Positions 1 to 8,231 of a stretch of 38,739 bases of DNA are shown one piece after another. The DNA is from a virus. Taxonomy: Duplodnaviria; Caudoviricetes. A program made the position numbers and the translations under genes. Position 1 is the first letter of the stretch; every line of letters starts with the position of its first letter. Below the pieces are notes generated by a model, which ran no database searches, was not told the DNA's origin, and saw only the letters and a program-made list of their open reading frames with translations. Location of the stretch: positions 1-38,739 of the IMG/VR virus record IMGVR_UViG_3300029142_000012; one strand, given 5' to 3'.

Positions 1-17
1 GTTTCCCAGTCACGATC
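1..17 (+). other. Library amplification primer (SISPA/random-amplification tag), artefact
   Basis: GTTTCCCAGTCACGATC is the widely used random-amplification tag; its reverse complement ends the contig. Confidence 0.9.
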
Positions 18-63
18 CTGTGGAGTGGATGGTGTGTGTCCCGTGTCGTGGGTGCCCCCCTGG

Positions 64-339
64 TTACCAGTGTTCTTGTGTGGTGGTTGGTGGGGTGGTA
101 GTGCGGCGTGCTTGGTTGCAGTGTTTGCATGCGGCGCGGAGGTTGTTTGGGTCGAACCATGCGCCGCCTTTGAGTGCGGGGATGATGTGGTCGATTACTT
201 GGGCGGTGTGGGTGCAGCCGGGTAGGTTGATGCGGCAGGTGTTGTTGTCGCGGTTGAGGATTTGTTGGCGTAGGCCTTTGGGCCACCGGTAGTAGGGTTT
301 AGCCATTGGTGTGGGGTGGTGAGTGCACAAAACTCCCAT
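64..339 (-). CDS. HNH endonuclease, terminase-associated (HK97 gp74-like)
   Basis: ILNRDNNTC..C...DHIIP..GG...NLRAACKHCN motif; last gene before TerS once circularised; start may be ATG at 306. Confidence 0.85.
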   Translation of the reverse strand: MGVLCTHHPTPMAKPYYRWPKGLRQQILNRDNNTCRINLPGCTHTAQVIDHIIPALKGGAWFDPNNLRAACKHCNQARRTTTPPTTTQEHW

Positions 340-351
340 TCCTAGTAGATG

Positions 352-380
352 AACATAGTGGTTTACAAATGGTGTGTCAA
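352..380 (-). promoter_or_regulatory. Sigma70/SigA-type promoter for HNH/packaging (late) operon
   Basis: TTGACA (380-375), 17 nt spacer, TATGTT (357-352) on minus strand. Confidence 0.7.
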
Positions 381-426
381 CTATCCCTTACGGATACTGG
401 GAAATTCTGCGGACAAACAGGGGGGG

Positions 427-591
427 TCATGCTTCTCCTAACTTCTTGGATTTTGAACCCATCCGATAGCAGACCTTCCCAACAGTAATAAGGAAAGGCA
501 CGCCAGCGATAGACCACAACCAGGCGCCTAGTAGAACACCACCAACCGCTACGATAAGCATAACCAGAACAAAGATCACATCAGATCTCAC
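427..591 (-). CDS. Small membrane protein
   Basis: Hydrophobic stretch VIFVLVMLIVAVGGVLLGAWLWSIAGVPFLI; GTGA overlap with upstream gene. Confidence 0.55.
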   Translation of the reverse strand: MRSDVIFVLVMLIVAVGGVLLGAWLWSIAGVPFLITVGKVCYRMGSKSKKLGEA

Positions 592-836
592 GGCGTTTGT
601 TCTAAGTCGCTTACCCAAGAGTCCACCAGAAGGCGAGCTTCCTTGAGTTCGTCGGGTGTGTAGGCAGGTTCAACCGTAGCCGGGGTTCTCAGATCTCTGA
701 TTCGTTTCGTCAGGGGGTATCTCGAGAACCCTTCGCTGTCTATGTGTGGTCCGGTGTGTCCGGCTTCGAGCGTGCAAGGAGTGTTCCAATAGCCCATTAC
801 CGGGTCAACCATTCCGTAATCAGGACAGTCGCTCAT
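588..836 (-). CDS. Hypothetical protein
   Basis: ATGA overlap with 833..1306, RBS AGGAG; C..GH.G.H motif. Confidence 0.6.
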   Translation of the reverse strand: MSDCPDYGMVDPVMGYWNTPCTLEAGHTGPHIDSEGFSRYPLTKRIRDLRTPATVEPAYTPDELKEARLLVDSWVSDLEQTP

Positions 837-1306
837 GCTTCTCCTAGTTTCCACTCACACTTCGGACAATTCACCAACTCAATCCTCGAACCCCGCGGAC
901 CAACCCACTTCGGAATACGCTTATCCACGGCTTCGCACTTCCTGTTCCTACACCTACGCATCGGATCTTTGGGTGGGCGAGGAGGGTTCCAGTCGTGTTC
1001 AGCAGCAATATGGAATCGTCTGATAGCGTCCTCCAAGTTCTTGCGGAGTATCCGAGTGGCCCTGCGAGCTCCCCTAACGTTGGCGCCTGGTTCGGGTTGG
1101 GTTTTACTACCGGACACTTTCTGCCGGTCGAACGGTAGCGACGCTTGCGGGTTGCATACCAGTTCAGCGAGTTGCAGTGAATGTGCTATTTCGACGAGTA
1201 GGGGGTCTACTGGGCTGGTGGCTTTGAGGGTGGCTTCGGCGTCGGCTAGTTGGGATTGGAGTTTCTCGAGTCGTTGTTTGACGTATTCGGGGATCTCCTG
1301 TTTCAT
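833..1306 (-). CDS. Hypothetical protein with C-terminal zinc ribbon (possible late regulator)
   Basis: CRNRKC...CPKC; N-terminal coiled coil; lies near the end of the early region. Confidence 0.65.
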   Translation of the reverse strand: MKQEIPEYVKQRLEKLQSQLADAEATLKATSPVDPLLVEIAHSLQLAELVCNPQASLPFDRQKVSGSKTQPEPGANVRGARRATRILRKNLEDAIRRFHIAAEHDWNPPRPPKDPMRRCRNRKCEAVDKRIPKWVGPRGSRIELVNCPKCEWKLGEA

Positions 1307-1354
1307 CGGATGCCTACCTTATGGGTGTAGTAAATCACTGGTCTGTTCCCCCCT

Positions 1355-1720
1355 TCACCGGTCACCGAACTTTCTGTGTTCCCAGTCCACATAACCGTGG
1401 TCCCTAACCCAACGGGCCTGACATTCTTCGTTGGTTTCTAAGGGCAACCGCTCAATTCCCAAACGGCGGGCGGCGACAACCCTGTGATGGCCGTCGCCCA
1501 TGAAGCCGTCGTCGTCAACAAGAACCGCCATACCTTCGACTCCGTGTTCTGCCATGTGCGCTTCGAGCATCTCCTGGTAGTGGCCGGGGCGTCCACAGCA
1601 CAAACACTGGCGGGTCCTGATGTTGGCTTCCTCGTCGTCCCACGACCAGGGCAGGGCTTTGGCTTTTGTGGGGCGTATGTCAGAAACGTCGACGTATTGG
1701 GGGATAATCTCCTGTTTCAT
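1355..1720 (-). CDS. ParB/Srx-like N-terminal domain protein
   Basis: VLVDDDGFMGDGHHRVVAARRLG matches the ParB-N DGHHR motif; start MKQEIIP after GAAAGG. Confidence 0.8.
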   Translation of the reverse strand: MKQEIIPQYVDVSDIRPTKAKALPWSWDDEEANIRTRQCLCCGRPGHYQEMLEAHMAEHGVEGMAVLVDDDGFMGDGHHRVVAARRLGIERLPLETNEECQARWVRDHGYVDWEHRKFGDR

Positions 1721-1959
1721 AAATCGTCGCCTTTCTTTCTTCCTGGTAGTGAACTGCCGAACATTATCCGAACAGAAGATACAGCTTCGGTCGATGATTG
1801 ACCATCCCGACAAAGCAGGTCGAAGGCTTCGTCGTACAGTTTGAGAAACTCGTAGCCAACTGACCCTTTGGGATAGTCGAGGATGGCGACATTGGGTTCC
1901 CAGATGTCCATCAGTAGCCGGTCGCGCATTTGTATCCCAGGGGTTAGGTCACTCATCAT
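1717..1959 (-). CDS. Hypothetical protein
   Basis: ATGA overlaps at both ends in a tightly packed operon. Confidence 0.55.
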   Translation of the reverse strand: MMSDLTPGIQMRDRLLMDIWEPNVAILDYPKGSVGYEFLKLYDEAFDLLCRDGQSSTEAVSSVRIMFGSSLPGRKKGDDL

Positions 1960-2240
1960 GGTGTCTGCACCAACCTCACCGAGATCCTGCACAATTCGTA
2001 AGGAACACTGACACCCTCCATTGATTGTGTGTCGGCCCAAACAACACGCCAGCACTCAGCTGACCCTCCACCATGGTTCTCGACGCCTTCGGCATTGTGG
2101 GTGTTGCACCAGGCACGCTCCACGAACTCACCCACAGGTGAGGCGTCGCCATCCACCTTCACGAACGGGTCGTCAACGTCTAGTACCTCTCCGTATATTG
2201 CCCAATCCTCAATCTGGTAGAGGGTGATTACTTCGCTCAT
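1956..2240 (-). CDS. Hypothetical protein
   Basis: RBS AAGGAGG, ATGA overlap. Confidence 0.65.
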   Translation of the reverse strand: MSEVITLYQIEDWAIYGEVLDVDDPFVKVDGDASPVGEFVERAWCNTHNAEGVENHGGGSAECWRVVWADTQSMEGVSVPYELCRISVRLVQTP

Positions 2241-2764
2241 TGGGTGTCCTCCTTAACCGCACGCAACACGGCCTCCGCTTTTGTCTCCCAATGAAACTCT
2301 GGAAGCAGACGCCACCGACAAGAGAACCCAGCCTGGTCCACACGAACTACGAAACAGTTGAGGCATAGAATCGGCTCAACGTAGTCACCCTGCCTTATGA
2401 CGGCGTTCCAGAAAACAGAGTCAGTGAACCAGGTCGGATTCTCAGTGGTGCCACAGTCCGAACATGGGCCGTCACCCCTGAGTGCATCTGACTGTCGTGC
2501 CTGGTTGGGTAGCACCCCACTCCCACCACAAGACGGGCAGCAAGGGTCTTCAAGTCCAGCGATGATGCGATATTCCATCTTGTCCTCGATGTGGATGCAG
2601 CCCGTTCCTTCGCACTCCCCGCATTCTTGCCAGCGGGCCAGGTCACGACGGGCAGCCCCAACAATGACTTCCATCGTCTTCATCGGTGGCATGGTTCCGT
2701 TTCGTCTATGCCGTCTCCAAGTTTCGAGGGCTTCCCGCAGTTGTCGGTACTCCTGGACGCTCAT
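2237..2764 (-). CDS. CxxCxGxG (DnaJ-like) zinc finger protein; paralog of 3493..4023
   Basis: CGECEGTG and CPSCGGSG plus a second CxxC..CxxC domain; start MSVQEYRQL. Confidence 0.7.
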   Translation of the reverse strand: MSVQEYRQLREALETWRRHRRNGTMPPMKTMEVIVGAARRDLARWQECGECEGTGCIHIEDKMEYRIIAGLEDPCCPSCGGSGVLPNQARQSDALRGDGPCSDCGTTENPTWFTDSVFWNAVIRQGDYVEPILCLNCFVVRVDQAGFSCRWRLLPEFHWETKAEAVLRAVKEDTQ

Positions 2765-2877
2765 TCGTTGTTTCCTTCCTCGACCAAATGGCCGCACCAA
2801 AAGCACACGGTCTCACCTGCACGAGTGCGAATCGTTTTGTCGTGGTCACAAATCGCCCAATTCGGTGAGTCGCTCAT
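2761..2877 (-). CDS. Small hypothetical protein (38 aa)
   Basis: MSDSPNWAICDH...CFWCGH; ATGA overlaps on both sides, RBS GAGG. Confidence 0.5.
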   Translation of the reverse strand: MSDSPNWAICDHDKTIRTRAGETVCFWCGHLVEEGNNE

Positions 2878-3224
2878 TCCTCGACTCCCGCAACAGCCCG
2901 CAGGACGGCCCGAGATTCACGGCGATACCCATTGCGGGATTGCTCCGTTAGATGGTTCCATAGGCCGTAGTTCTCTGGTGTGGCTTTTGAGTCCTCGACC
3001 CACAATGCGAACGCTCCCTTTTCGATGGTTTCCTCCGAGGTCAGGGCATCCCACCTACGAGCAGCCTTCAAGACAAGATCTAGTTCTTGGCTTGGAATGT
3101 TCGTCCGCAATCCGATTGTTGTAATGGCTTCGCTCAGGTCGCTCATTGTGGTGGCTCCTGTACTAGACATATGCGTGGTTTCTTCTTCCATTGGGTCCAT
3201 GTCTCCTGGCCATCCGACGCTCAT
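2874..3224 (-). CDS. Hypothetical protein
   Basis: ATGA overlap; internal RBS+ATG alternative starts; ends AVLRAV like 2237..2764. Confidence 0.6.
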   Translation of the reverse strand: MSVGWPGDMDPMEEETTHMSSTGATTMSDLSEAITTIGLRTNIPSQELDLVLKAARRWDALTSEETIEKGAFALWVEDSKATPENYGLWNHLTEQSRNGYRRESRAVLRAVAGVEE

Positions 3225-3496
3225 TTTGTCTCCTTGTCGAAGGCACGAACCGCAAACGGTGACGGTTGACCCGAAGGTTTAGAACACCACCGACAACACT
3301 CGCAACGATTCCCCCGCCATGTCACTTGATACGCCTGATGGCCTTCCTCGACGCAGGGGCATTGGTCCCACGAATCGTGGCACTCGCAGCCCCGCGAGTG
3401 TTCCTCCCACAGCTCCTTGTATCTGCGATACCACCCGTCACGATTCTCGTAGACCTTCGGGTCAAGTCGTCTAGCAATTCGTTCTCGCAATCTCAT
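3221..3496 (-). CDS. Cys-rich hypothetical protein
   Basis: ATGA overlaps; C-terminus AVRAFDKETK is a near copy of the upstream gene end. Confidence 0.6.
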   Translation of the reverse strand: MRLRERIARRLDPKVYENRDGWYRRYKELWEEHSRGCECHDSWDQCPCVEEGHQAYQVTWRGNRCECCRWCSKPSGQPSPFAVRAFDKETK

Positions 3497-3526
3497 TCTG
3501 TTTCCTTGTCGAACGCACGAACCGCA
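3221..3526. repeat. 34-bp direct repeat pair (3221-3254, 3493-3526), 31/34 identical
   Basis: tcattttgtctccttgtcgaaggcacgaaccgca vs tcattctgtttccttgtcgaacgcacgaaccgca. Confidence 0.9.
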
Positions 3527-4023
3527 GCCTCGTAAGCGTCGTGGTCCAGCTCGAAGTCGATCTTGACTCCTGGCAATTGGCGCACGATGTATTCGGTTCG
3601 AGCAGCTAGGTGGTCTAGCCAGATTGCCTTATCCCACTGGTCGGGAACAACGATTCGACCTAGCTTGAGGTTGGCTGTCCACTCTTTACGAGCCTCAATG
3701 CGGAGCGTCGTCTGGTCAATCTCTACTGTCTGGTTGGGTAGCACACCAGAACCACCACAACGGGTGCAGGGCACTCGCTCATATTCGGGAACTGGTACCT
3801 CGATTGGACAAGTGGACTCACAACCAGAGCCACCGCTGCATGACGGATGGTGTTCAGCAACCGAACGTATATGTTCCTCGACCTCAAACCCTTCACCGTC
3901 GCATTCGTCGCAGAGTTGCCAGCGGTCCAACACCGAACGAGCAGCAGCCGTAACTGGACCCTTCTCACCTTCTCCGATTATGTCCAGGACTTCTTGTAGT
4001 TCCCTGTACTCTCGGCTATTCAC
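3493..4023 (-). CDS. CxxCxGxG (DnaJ-like) zinc finger protein
   Basis: CDECDGEG ... CTRCGGSG motifs. Confidence 0.7.
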   Translation of the reverse strand: MNSREYRELQEVLDIIGEGEKGPVTAAARSVLDRWQLCDECDGEGFEVEEHIRSVAEHHPSCSGGSGCESTCPIEVPVPEYERVPCTRCGGSGVLPNQTVEIDQTTLRIEARKEWTANLKLGRIVVPDQWDKAIWLDHLAARTEYIVRQLPGVKIDFELDHDAYEAAVRAFDKETE

Positions 4024-4258
4024 TGTCCGCTCCTAACGCCCTATCCACTAACTGTTTCACCTGCAACCCCGTCAACCCAGACTCGAACCTTCTCCCCGCT
4101 GTTTCGTAGTAGAACTCCCACGCCCTGTCGTAGTCCGGTTCCACCACCCTTTCACTACCACCATCGCAGACTACCGGGTCGGGAGTGGTGTAGTCCGTGA
4201 AATGGCAGTTACCGAAATACCCGTGGACACACGCCGACTGCAACACAAGCCTGTTCAT
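4016..4258 (-). CDS. Hypothetical protein
   Basis: ATGA overlap with upstream gene; operon context. Confidence 0.6.
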   Translation of the reverse strand: MNRLVLQSACVHGYFGNCHFTDYTTPDPVVCDGGSERVVEPDYDRAWEFYYETAGRRFESGLTGLQVKQLVDRALGADSE

Positions 4259-4722
4259 GTTTTGCCTTTCAAGAATTTGAAAAAAGGATTAGAACTGTCA
4301 ATCTCTATATCAATATCACTGTCACTCTCAATGGCACTATTCCGGCGCACAGAATCAGGGGGTACACTGGGGGTTTGTTGACGTCCCGAACCTGTTCTCG
4401 GGGCGTTATTCCACTGTTCCCAACCTGTGATTTGTACGTCTGTGATGCGTCCGCGGGCTCTCTTTCGGGTCTTCTTCATGCGTCCGGTCATTTCAATGAA
4501 CTCCTCGAACGTGCATGGAGGGTCGATGACTCCGAGTTTCTCCCATGCGTCTCCTTCGCTGACGTAGGAGAATTGTCCTTGGACGTGAGCCCGTTTCGCT
4601 GCGGTTAAGAGGGCTACCCATATGCCGATCCCTGCCGGTCCGAATTCTTCTTGTAGTCGGGTTCCGGTGTTGTCGTGGGGGAATTCGGTGGATAAGGGTA
4701 TCCATCTGCGTTTAGCTCCCAT
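4255..4722 (-). CDS. Putative replication initiator (replisome organiser-like N-terminal domain)
   Basis: RRWIPLSTEF...GIGIWVALL...ITGWEQWN pattern and acidic DSDIDIEID tract typical of phage initiators; downstream of ERF/NinG. Confidence 0.55.
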   Translation of the reverse strand: MGAKRRWIPLSTEFPHDNTGTRLQEEFGPAGIGIWVALLTAAKRAHVQGQFSYVSEGDAWEKLGVIDPPCTFEEFIEMTGRMKKTRKRARGRITDVQITGWEQWNNAPRTGSGRQQTPSVPPDSVRRNSAIESDSDIDIEIDSSNPFFKFLKGKT

Positions 4723-4885
4723 TGTCCAGTTGGTTGTATGCGTCGAGCATGTCGTCCGCCACCGACTCCGCACGTACGGCTGTCTGTTCGTACCCTTGCG
4801 CCCGAGCCAACCGGGCGACGAGTTTGGCTAGTAGCCGGGTGTTGGCCGTTATCGACGTTATGTAGTCACGTAGTTCAGGAGTCAT
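4712..4885 (-). CDS. Small hypothetical protein (57 aa)
   Basis: MTPELRDYITS...; RBS AAGGA, ATGA overlap. Confidence 0.5.
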   Translation of the reverse strand: MTPELRDYITSITANTRLLAKLVARLARAQGYEQTAVRAESVADDMLDAYNQLDNGS

Positions 4886-5094
4886 TCCGTTTCCTTAAGT
4901 ACGTCTTCGATGTCTTGTCTAGCGATGTGTCCATGACGCAGGTCTGAAAGGATGATTTCGACAACGTCGGCGTCCGTTAAGAACGCTTCGCCATCCATTG
5001 TCGGTAACGTGTTGAATGCCCAACGGCGTTCTGGTTTTGTTCCATCAGGTCGATCTGGCGGAATGGAATGGTTTTGTGAGAGTTCAGGAGTCAA
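4882..5094 (-). CDS. Hypothetical protein
   Basis: TTG start MTPELSQN; overlaps neighbours. Confidence 0.55.
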   Translation of the reverse strand: MTPELSQNHSIPPDRPDGTKPERRWAFNTLPTMDGEAFLTDADVVEIILSDLRHGHIARQDIEDVLKETE

Positions 5095-5452
5095 TCTGTT
5101 TCACCCTTTCTGTCCAGTAGCGGGCTTGGAACTTCCAATCCACCTTTGAATATTTGAGGGCTTCGGCTTTTAACGCTTCCCACCTTCCCGGATAATGGTC
5201 CTCCACCCACTCCCTCCACTCCAACGGCCTATGCGTGAACTTGACGTGACACGACCGGCACAAGGCGACAGCGTTATCTTCGACCACGCGGATGGCTTTG
5301 TAGGATCTGGTGATGATGTGGGCGCATTGTAGGTATTCGGTCGCCCCGCACGCTTGGCATTTACCGTCTCTTAGGCGGATGTATTTGGAGAACGCTTGGT
5401 CGGCCCGTTTCATGTAGTTCTGTCGCTTCTTAGTCATCGGGTTGCCCCACAT
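5084..5452 (-). CDS. NinG/Rap-like HNH-fold recombination nuclease
   Basis: ADQAFSKYIRLRD..CQACG...CAHII.R...NAVALCRSCH is the NinG-like signature. Confidence 0.75.
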   Translation of the reverse strand: MWGNPMTKKRQNYMKRADQAFSKYIRLRDGKCQACGATEYLQCAHIITRSYKAIRVVEDNAVALCRSCHVKFTHRPLEWREWVEDHYPGRWEALKAEALKYSKVDWKFQARYWTERVKQIDS

Positions 5453-5622
5453 TTGTCACAAACCCAATCCTTTGGGTCATGTCCTGTCTCCCACGACAGG
5501 GGTGGAAGCGCCAGTTTTGGGAATGAGGTGTGGGGGAACGGCTTACACTCATCCCAACACTTCAGAATGTCGGCGTGGCCGAACCCGTCACCCTTGTCGT
5601 TCCAGTGTTGAACATACCCCAT
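5434..5622 (-). CDS. Small Cys-containing hypothetical protein
   Basis: CWDEC...CDKCG; abuts ERF stop codon. Confidence 0.55.
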   Translation of the reverse strand: MGYVQHWNDKGDGFGHADILKCWDECKPFPHTSFPKLALPPLSWETGHDPKDWVCDKCGATR

Positions 5623-6234
5623 TTAGAACGGTGCCTCCGGCGAATTCGGGTGCTCCTCGTAATACAATTTCGCCATACGAGCATGAACCTTCTTCGCTTC
5701 AACCAACGACATCGGTTTCTTAACCTTCAACGCTTTCACCGCCGCCATCGCATGGTTCTCACGGTCCGTTTCCGACCACTCCGAGAACGATTGGACGGCG
5801 TTAGCAAGCCAGTCTTTCCCCTCCACGTCCGGGGCTTCCACGACAATGGCTTTGGCGCCGTCGTCGTCGTCGTCAGGTGACAACCCGAGTGCCGCGGTTA
5901 ACGAATACCGTCGGGCGTAAGTGACAGCCGACCCGGCGCCTTGAGCGTTGTTACCCGCCGGTAAGTACAGGGGTCCGAACGTTTCGACGTGCCCGGCCTC
6001 ATGGTAGATGCGGGTTTCGACTCCGACCCTGTTCCCGTCGGACACTGGTGATTGGGCGACTGATAACCCGTGTTTGTTGAGTACGGGGCGGACAGCCTCC
6101 AAAATGGACCCGAGGTCGGCGTACGTGTACGAGTAGTTGCCCATGTCAGCTGTTTTGGTTTTGCCTATTGCTGGCATTTCTTCTTGTGCTTTGGTGAACG
6201 CTTCCACCCACTCAGTGAAACTCATCAGCAGCAA
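5623..6234 (-). CDS. erf: ERF family single-strand annealing protein
   Basis: YSYTYADL..I...V.P.L..HGL and QGAGSAVTYARRYSL.AALGL..DDDDDG hallmark motifs. Confidence 0.92.
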   Translation of the reverse strand: MLLMSFTEWVEAFTKAQEEMPAIGKTKTADMGNYSYTYADLGSILEAVRPVLNKHGLSVAQSPVSDGNRVGVETRIYHEAGHVETFGPLYLPAGNNAQGAGSAVTYARRYSLTAALGLSPDDDDDGAKAIVVEAPDVEGKDWLANAVQSFSEWSETDRENHAMAAVKALKVKKPMSLVEAKKVHARMAKLYYEEHPNSPEAPF

Positions 6235-6464
6235 CCAGCGTCTTTGAAGATTTCGATGTCTGCGTCCAACCGGCGTACGGTCGCGTCGTTTCGTTCAAAT
6301 ACTTCACCCATGTCGCCGCGCACTCCTCGTTCGTTCAAATAGGTTTCTAGAACGTTCAGAGCTTCCTCAGCGTCCCTCGCTTTAACAACGGCTGCACCAC
6401 CAGAATGCCACCTTCTTGACAGCCCCTCTGGTGCCGATATCACGTAATACACGTATCTGCTCAT
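6225..6464 (-). CDS. Hypothetical protein
   Basis: RBS GAGG, ATGA overlap; VVKARDAEEA motif common in small phage proteins. Confidence 0.6.
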   Translation of the reverse strand: MSRYVYYVISAPEGLSRRWHSGGAAVVKARDAEEALNVLETYLNERGVRGDMGEVFERNDATVRRLDADIEIFKDAGCC

Positions 6465-6607
6465 TGTTCCTCTTTCATCCTGTCTATCGTTTCCTCCAAC
6501 CGGACCACCATCGGATCATATTGACCCACCCGATACACAAACAACAACCGGTTACGCAACCAATACAAAAACTGGACATCCGACAAACCCGAATAATCAA
6601 CTGCCAC
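6461..6607 (-). CDS. Small hypothetical protein
   Basis: GTG start after AAGGGG; FLYWLRNRL..VY. Confidence 0.5.
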   Translation of the reverse strand: MAVDYSGLSDVQFLYWLRNRLLFVYRVGQYDPMVVRLEETIDRMKEEQ

Positions 6608-6914
6608 GAGACAACCCCTTCGGAGCGTGCCGAGACAAACCCCCACAAATCTTGCAGAACAACCGGAACGTCTTAGGCCACCCCGGCGCCAAACGGTTGA
6701 ACTTCGCCAACCTAACCCACTCATCGAACGACGTGTCCTGAGTCGGCGACAACCTGACACTCTCGTTAGACCACCGGAACGGTTCACCCACCACAACATC
6801 ACCCCAATGTTTCAAACAGGTAGCCGTCAAACGGTGCAACGGGTGTTCCATAATGTTCGGGTAGGTGCCGTGTTCGGCGACGGGTTCGGGTACGGGCATC
6901 ACATTCCGCTCCAA
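6597..6914 (-). CDS. Hypothetical protein
   Basis: Operon packing; CLKH..CKICG. Confidence 0.55.
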   Translation of the reverse strand: MERNVMPVPEPVAEHGTYPNIMEHPLHRLTATCLKHWGDVVVGEPFRWSNESVRLSPTQDTSFDEWVRLAKFNRLAPGWPKTFRLFCKICGGLSRHAPKGLSRGS

Positions 6915-7345
6915 CCAACAGACGCAGGGAACCGGACCGATCCTTTAGGACCCTTCCACCGTCCGACCGGAGGCACCCGACCCGGCAACACCCACCACTC
7001 GTCAACCTTGCCGACTTCGCCGTTGTCACGCAACCGGTACAAAGCTTTACGTACCGTTTCCGGTTTCTCGTCCAACCAGTCAGCCAAATTCTGGATAGTG
7101 GCGTACCCTTCCAAGTCGAGGAGGTCAATGATCCGAGCTGGTGACAGTTTCGGGTTGCGTCGCCGCGGACGGCCCTTCCCGTGGACGAGAACCCTGGCGA
7201 TTTCGTCTAAATCGTATTTGTGGGGGTCGAACCGGTGTCCTGATCCGGCGACGGGTTGGATTACTCCTTCTCGAGCCCAAATGTGGAACCGGCTTGCGGT
7301 GCAGTCGTAGATTTCGGCGGCTTCTCTGCACGTGACCAGTTTCAT
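6899..7345 (-). CDS. DNA-binding protein with MerR/Xis-like HTH plus winged HTH
   Basis: LVTCREAAEIYD...FHIWAREG.I.P and IIDLL...ATIQNLADWL....TVRKALYRLRDNG.V. Confidence 0.75.
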   Translation of the reverse strand: MKLVTCREAAEIYDCTASRFHIWAREGVIQPVAGSGHRFDPHKYDLDEIARVLVHGKGRPRRRNPKLSPARIIDLLDLEGYATIQNLADWLDEKPETVRKALYRLRDNGEVGKVDEWWVLPGRVPPVGRWKGPKGSVRFPASVGWSGM

Positions 7346-7590
7346 TGGGTGTCGTCCTTAACAACATCGCTCCTACACCAAGGGATACGGCGTAACTCAG
7401 GCCACTCCTCCAGCGGTGTAATCGAAATAAGCCCCAAACCGACCGCGTGTGCGAAGGCCGCTTCAACGCCTGCCCCTACTTGCTGCGCTACGGGCGCACC
7501 TTCCCTAAACCTGTCAGACGCTGCAAGATCAGCAGCCAGGCCCGCTGAATGGACCAAGGCATCAAATAGTACCGGACTTACGTTGCTCAT
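7342..7590 (-). CDS. Hypothetical protein
   Basis: ATGA overlaps at both ends. Confidence 0.55.
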   Translation of the reverse strand: MSNVSPVLFDALVHSAGLAADLAASDRFREGAPVAQQVGAGVEAAFAHAVGLGLISITPLEEWPELRRIPWCRSDVVKDDTQ

Positions 7591-7928
7591 TCGGCTACCA
7601 GTTCTTTGGTGTCGTCGACCCACAACAGGTTTTCGTCGCAGTCCCGGCAAGCAACATGGAACGCCCCCGACACCCGTTCCACAACAACCGTGTTAAACCC
7701 GGCGCACTGAGGGCACCTATCAACAGGGTCGTTTATTAGGTCGGGTCGTATCTGCCCTGCGGTCAGTAGGAGTTGAGCGGCGAGATCTAAGGCGGTGTCG
7801 GCTGTGATGTGCACGAACCCGATGTGTCCATCGAGGTAAGCGAATTTGATGCGTACCACGGATGCAACACCTTCGGCGGTGAGCTGGTCGCTTTTCGTTA
7901 CTGTCGCTGTTGGTAGTAGGTCGAGCAT
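7587..7928 (-). CDS. Hypothetical protein with C-terminal zinc ribbon
   Basis: CPQCAG...VACRDC. Confidence 0.65.
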   Translation of the reverse strand: MLDLLPTATVTKSDQLTAEGVASVVRIKFAYLDGHIGFVHITADTALDLAAQLLLTAGQIRPDLINDPVDRCPQCAGFNTVVVERVSGAFHVACRDCDENLLWVDDTKELVAE

Positions 7929-7932
7929 GATT

Positions 7933-8013
7933 TCACCCTTGCAGCCATACGAGTTGGCTGGCGATTAGGCACAACCCCAACACTGTCATCATCAGTTTGT
8001 CTTTCCCTTTCAT
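7933..8013 (-). CDS. Small membrane peptide (26 aa)
   Basis: MKGKDKLMMTVLGLCLIASQLVWLQG; RBS AGGGAG, ATGA overlap. Confidence 0.45.
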   Translation of the reverse strand: MKGKDKLMMTVLGLCLIASQLVWLQG

Positions 8014-8231
8014 TTTGCACACTCCCTTAAATGTGTTTCCCATGCTCGTTTCTCGTGTCTGACGGGGTGGTTGCCGTACTGTTGTTTGAGTAGGACAGCC
8101 CGCGACCACATTGCGTGGAGTGCGTACCCTGTGGGGCAGTACTCTTGGTTTTTGGGGTTGCATGAGAGGGGCGGCGGGTTGGTCCAGGAGGAAGGGTTGC
8201 CGCCCCCCTCAAAACTTACGATGCCGGTCAC
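8010..8231 (-). CDS. Hypothetical protein
   Basis: GTGA overlap, RBS AGGAG. Confidence 0.55.
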   Translation of the reverse strand: MTGIVSFEGGGNPSSWTNPPPLSCNPKNQEYCPTGYALHAMWSRAVLLKQQYGNHPVRHEKRAWETHLRECAK

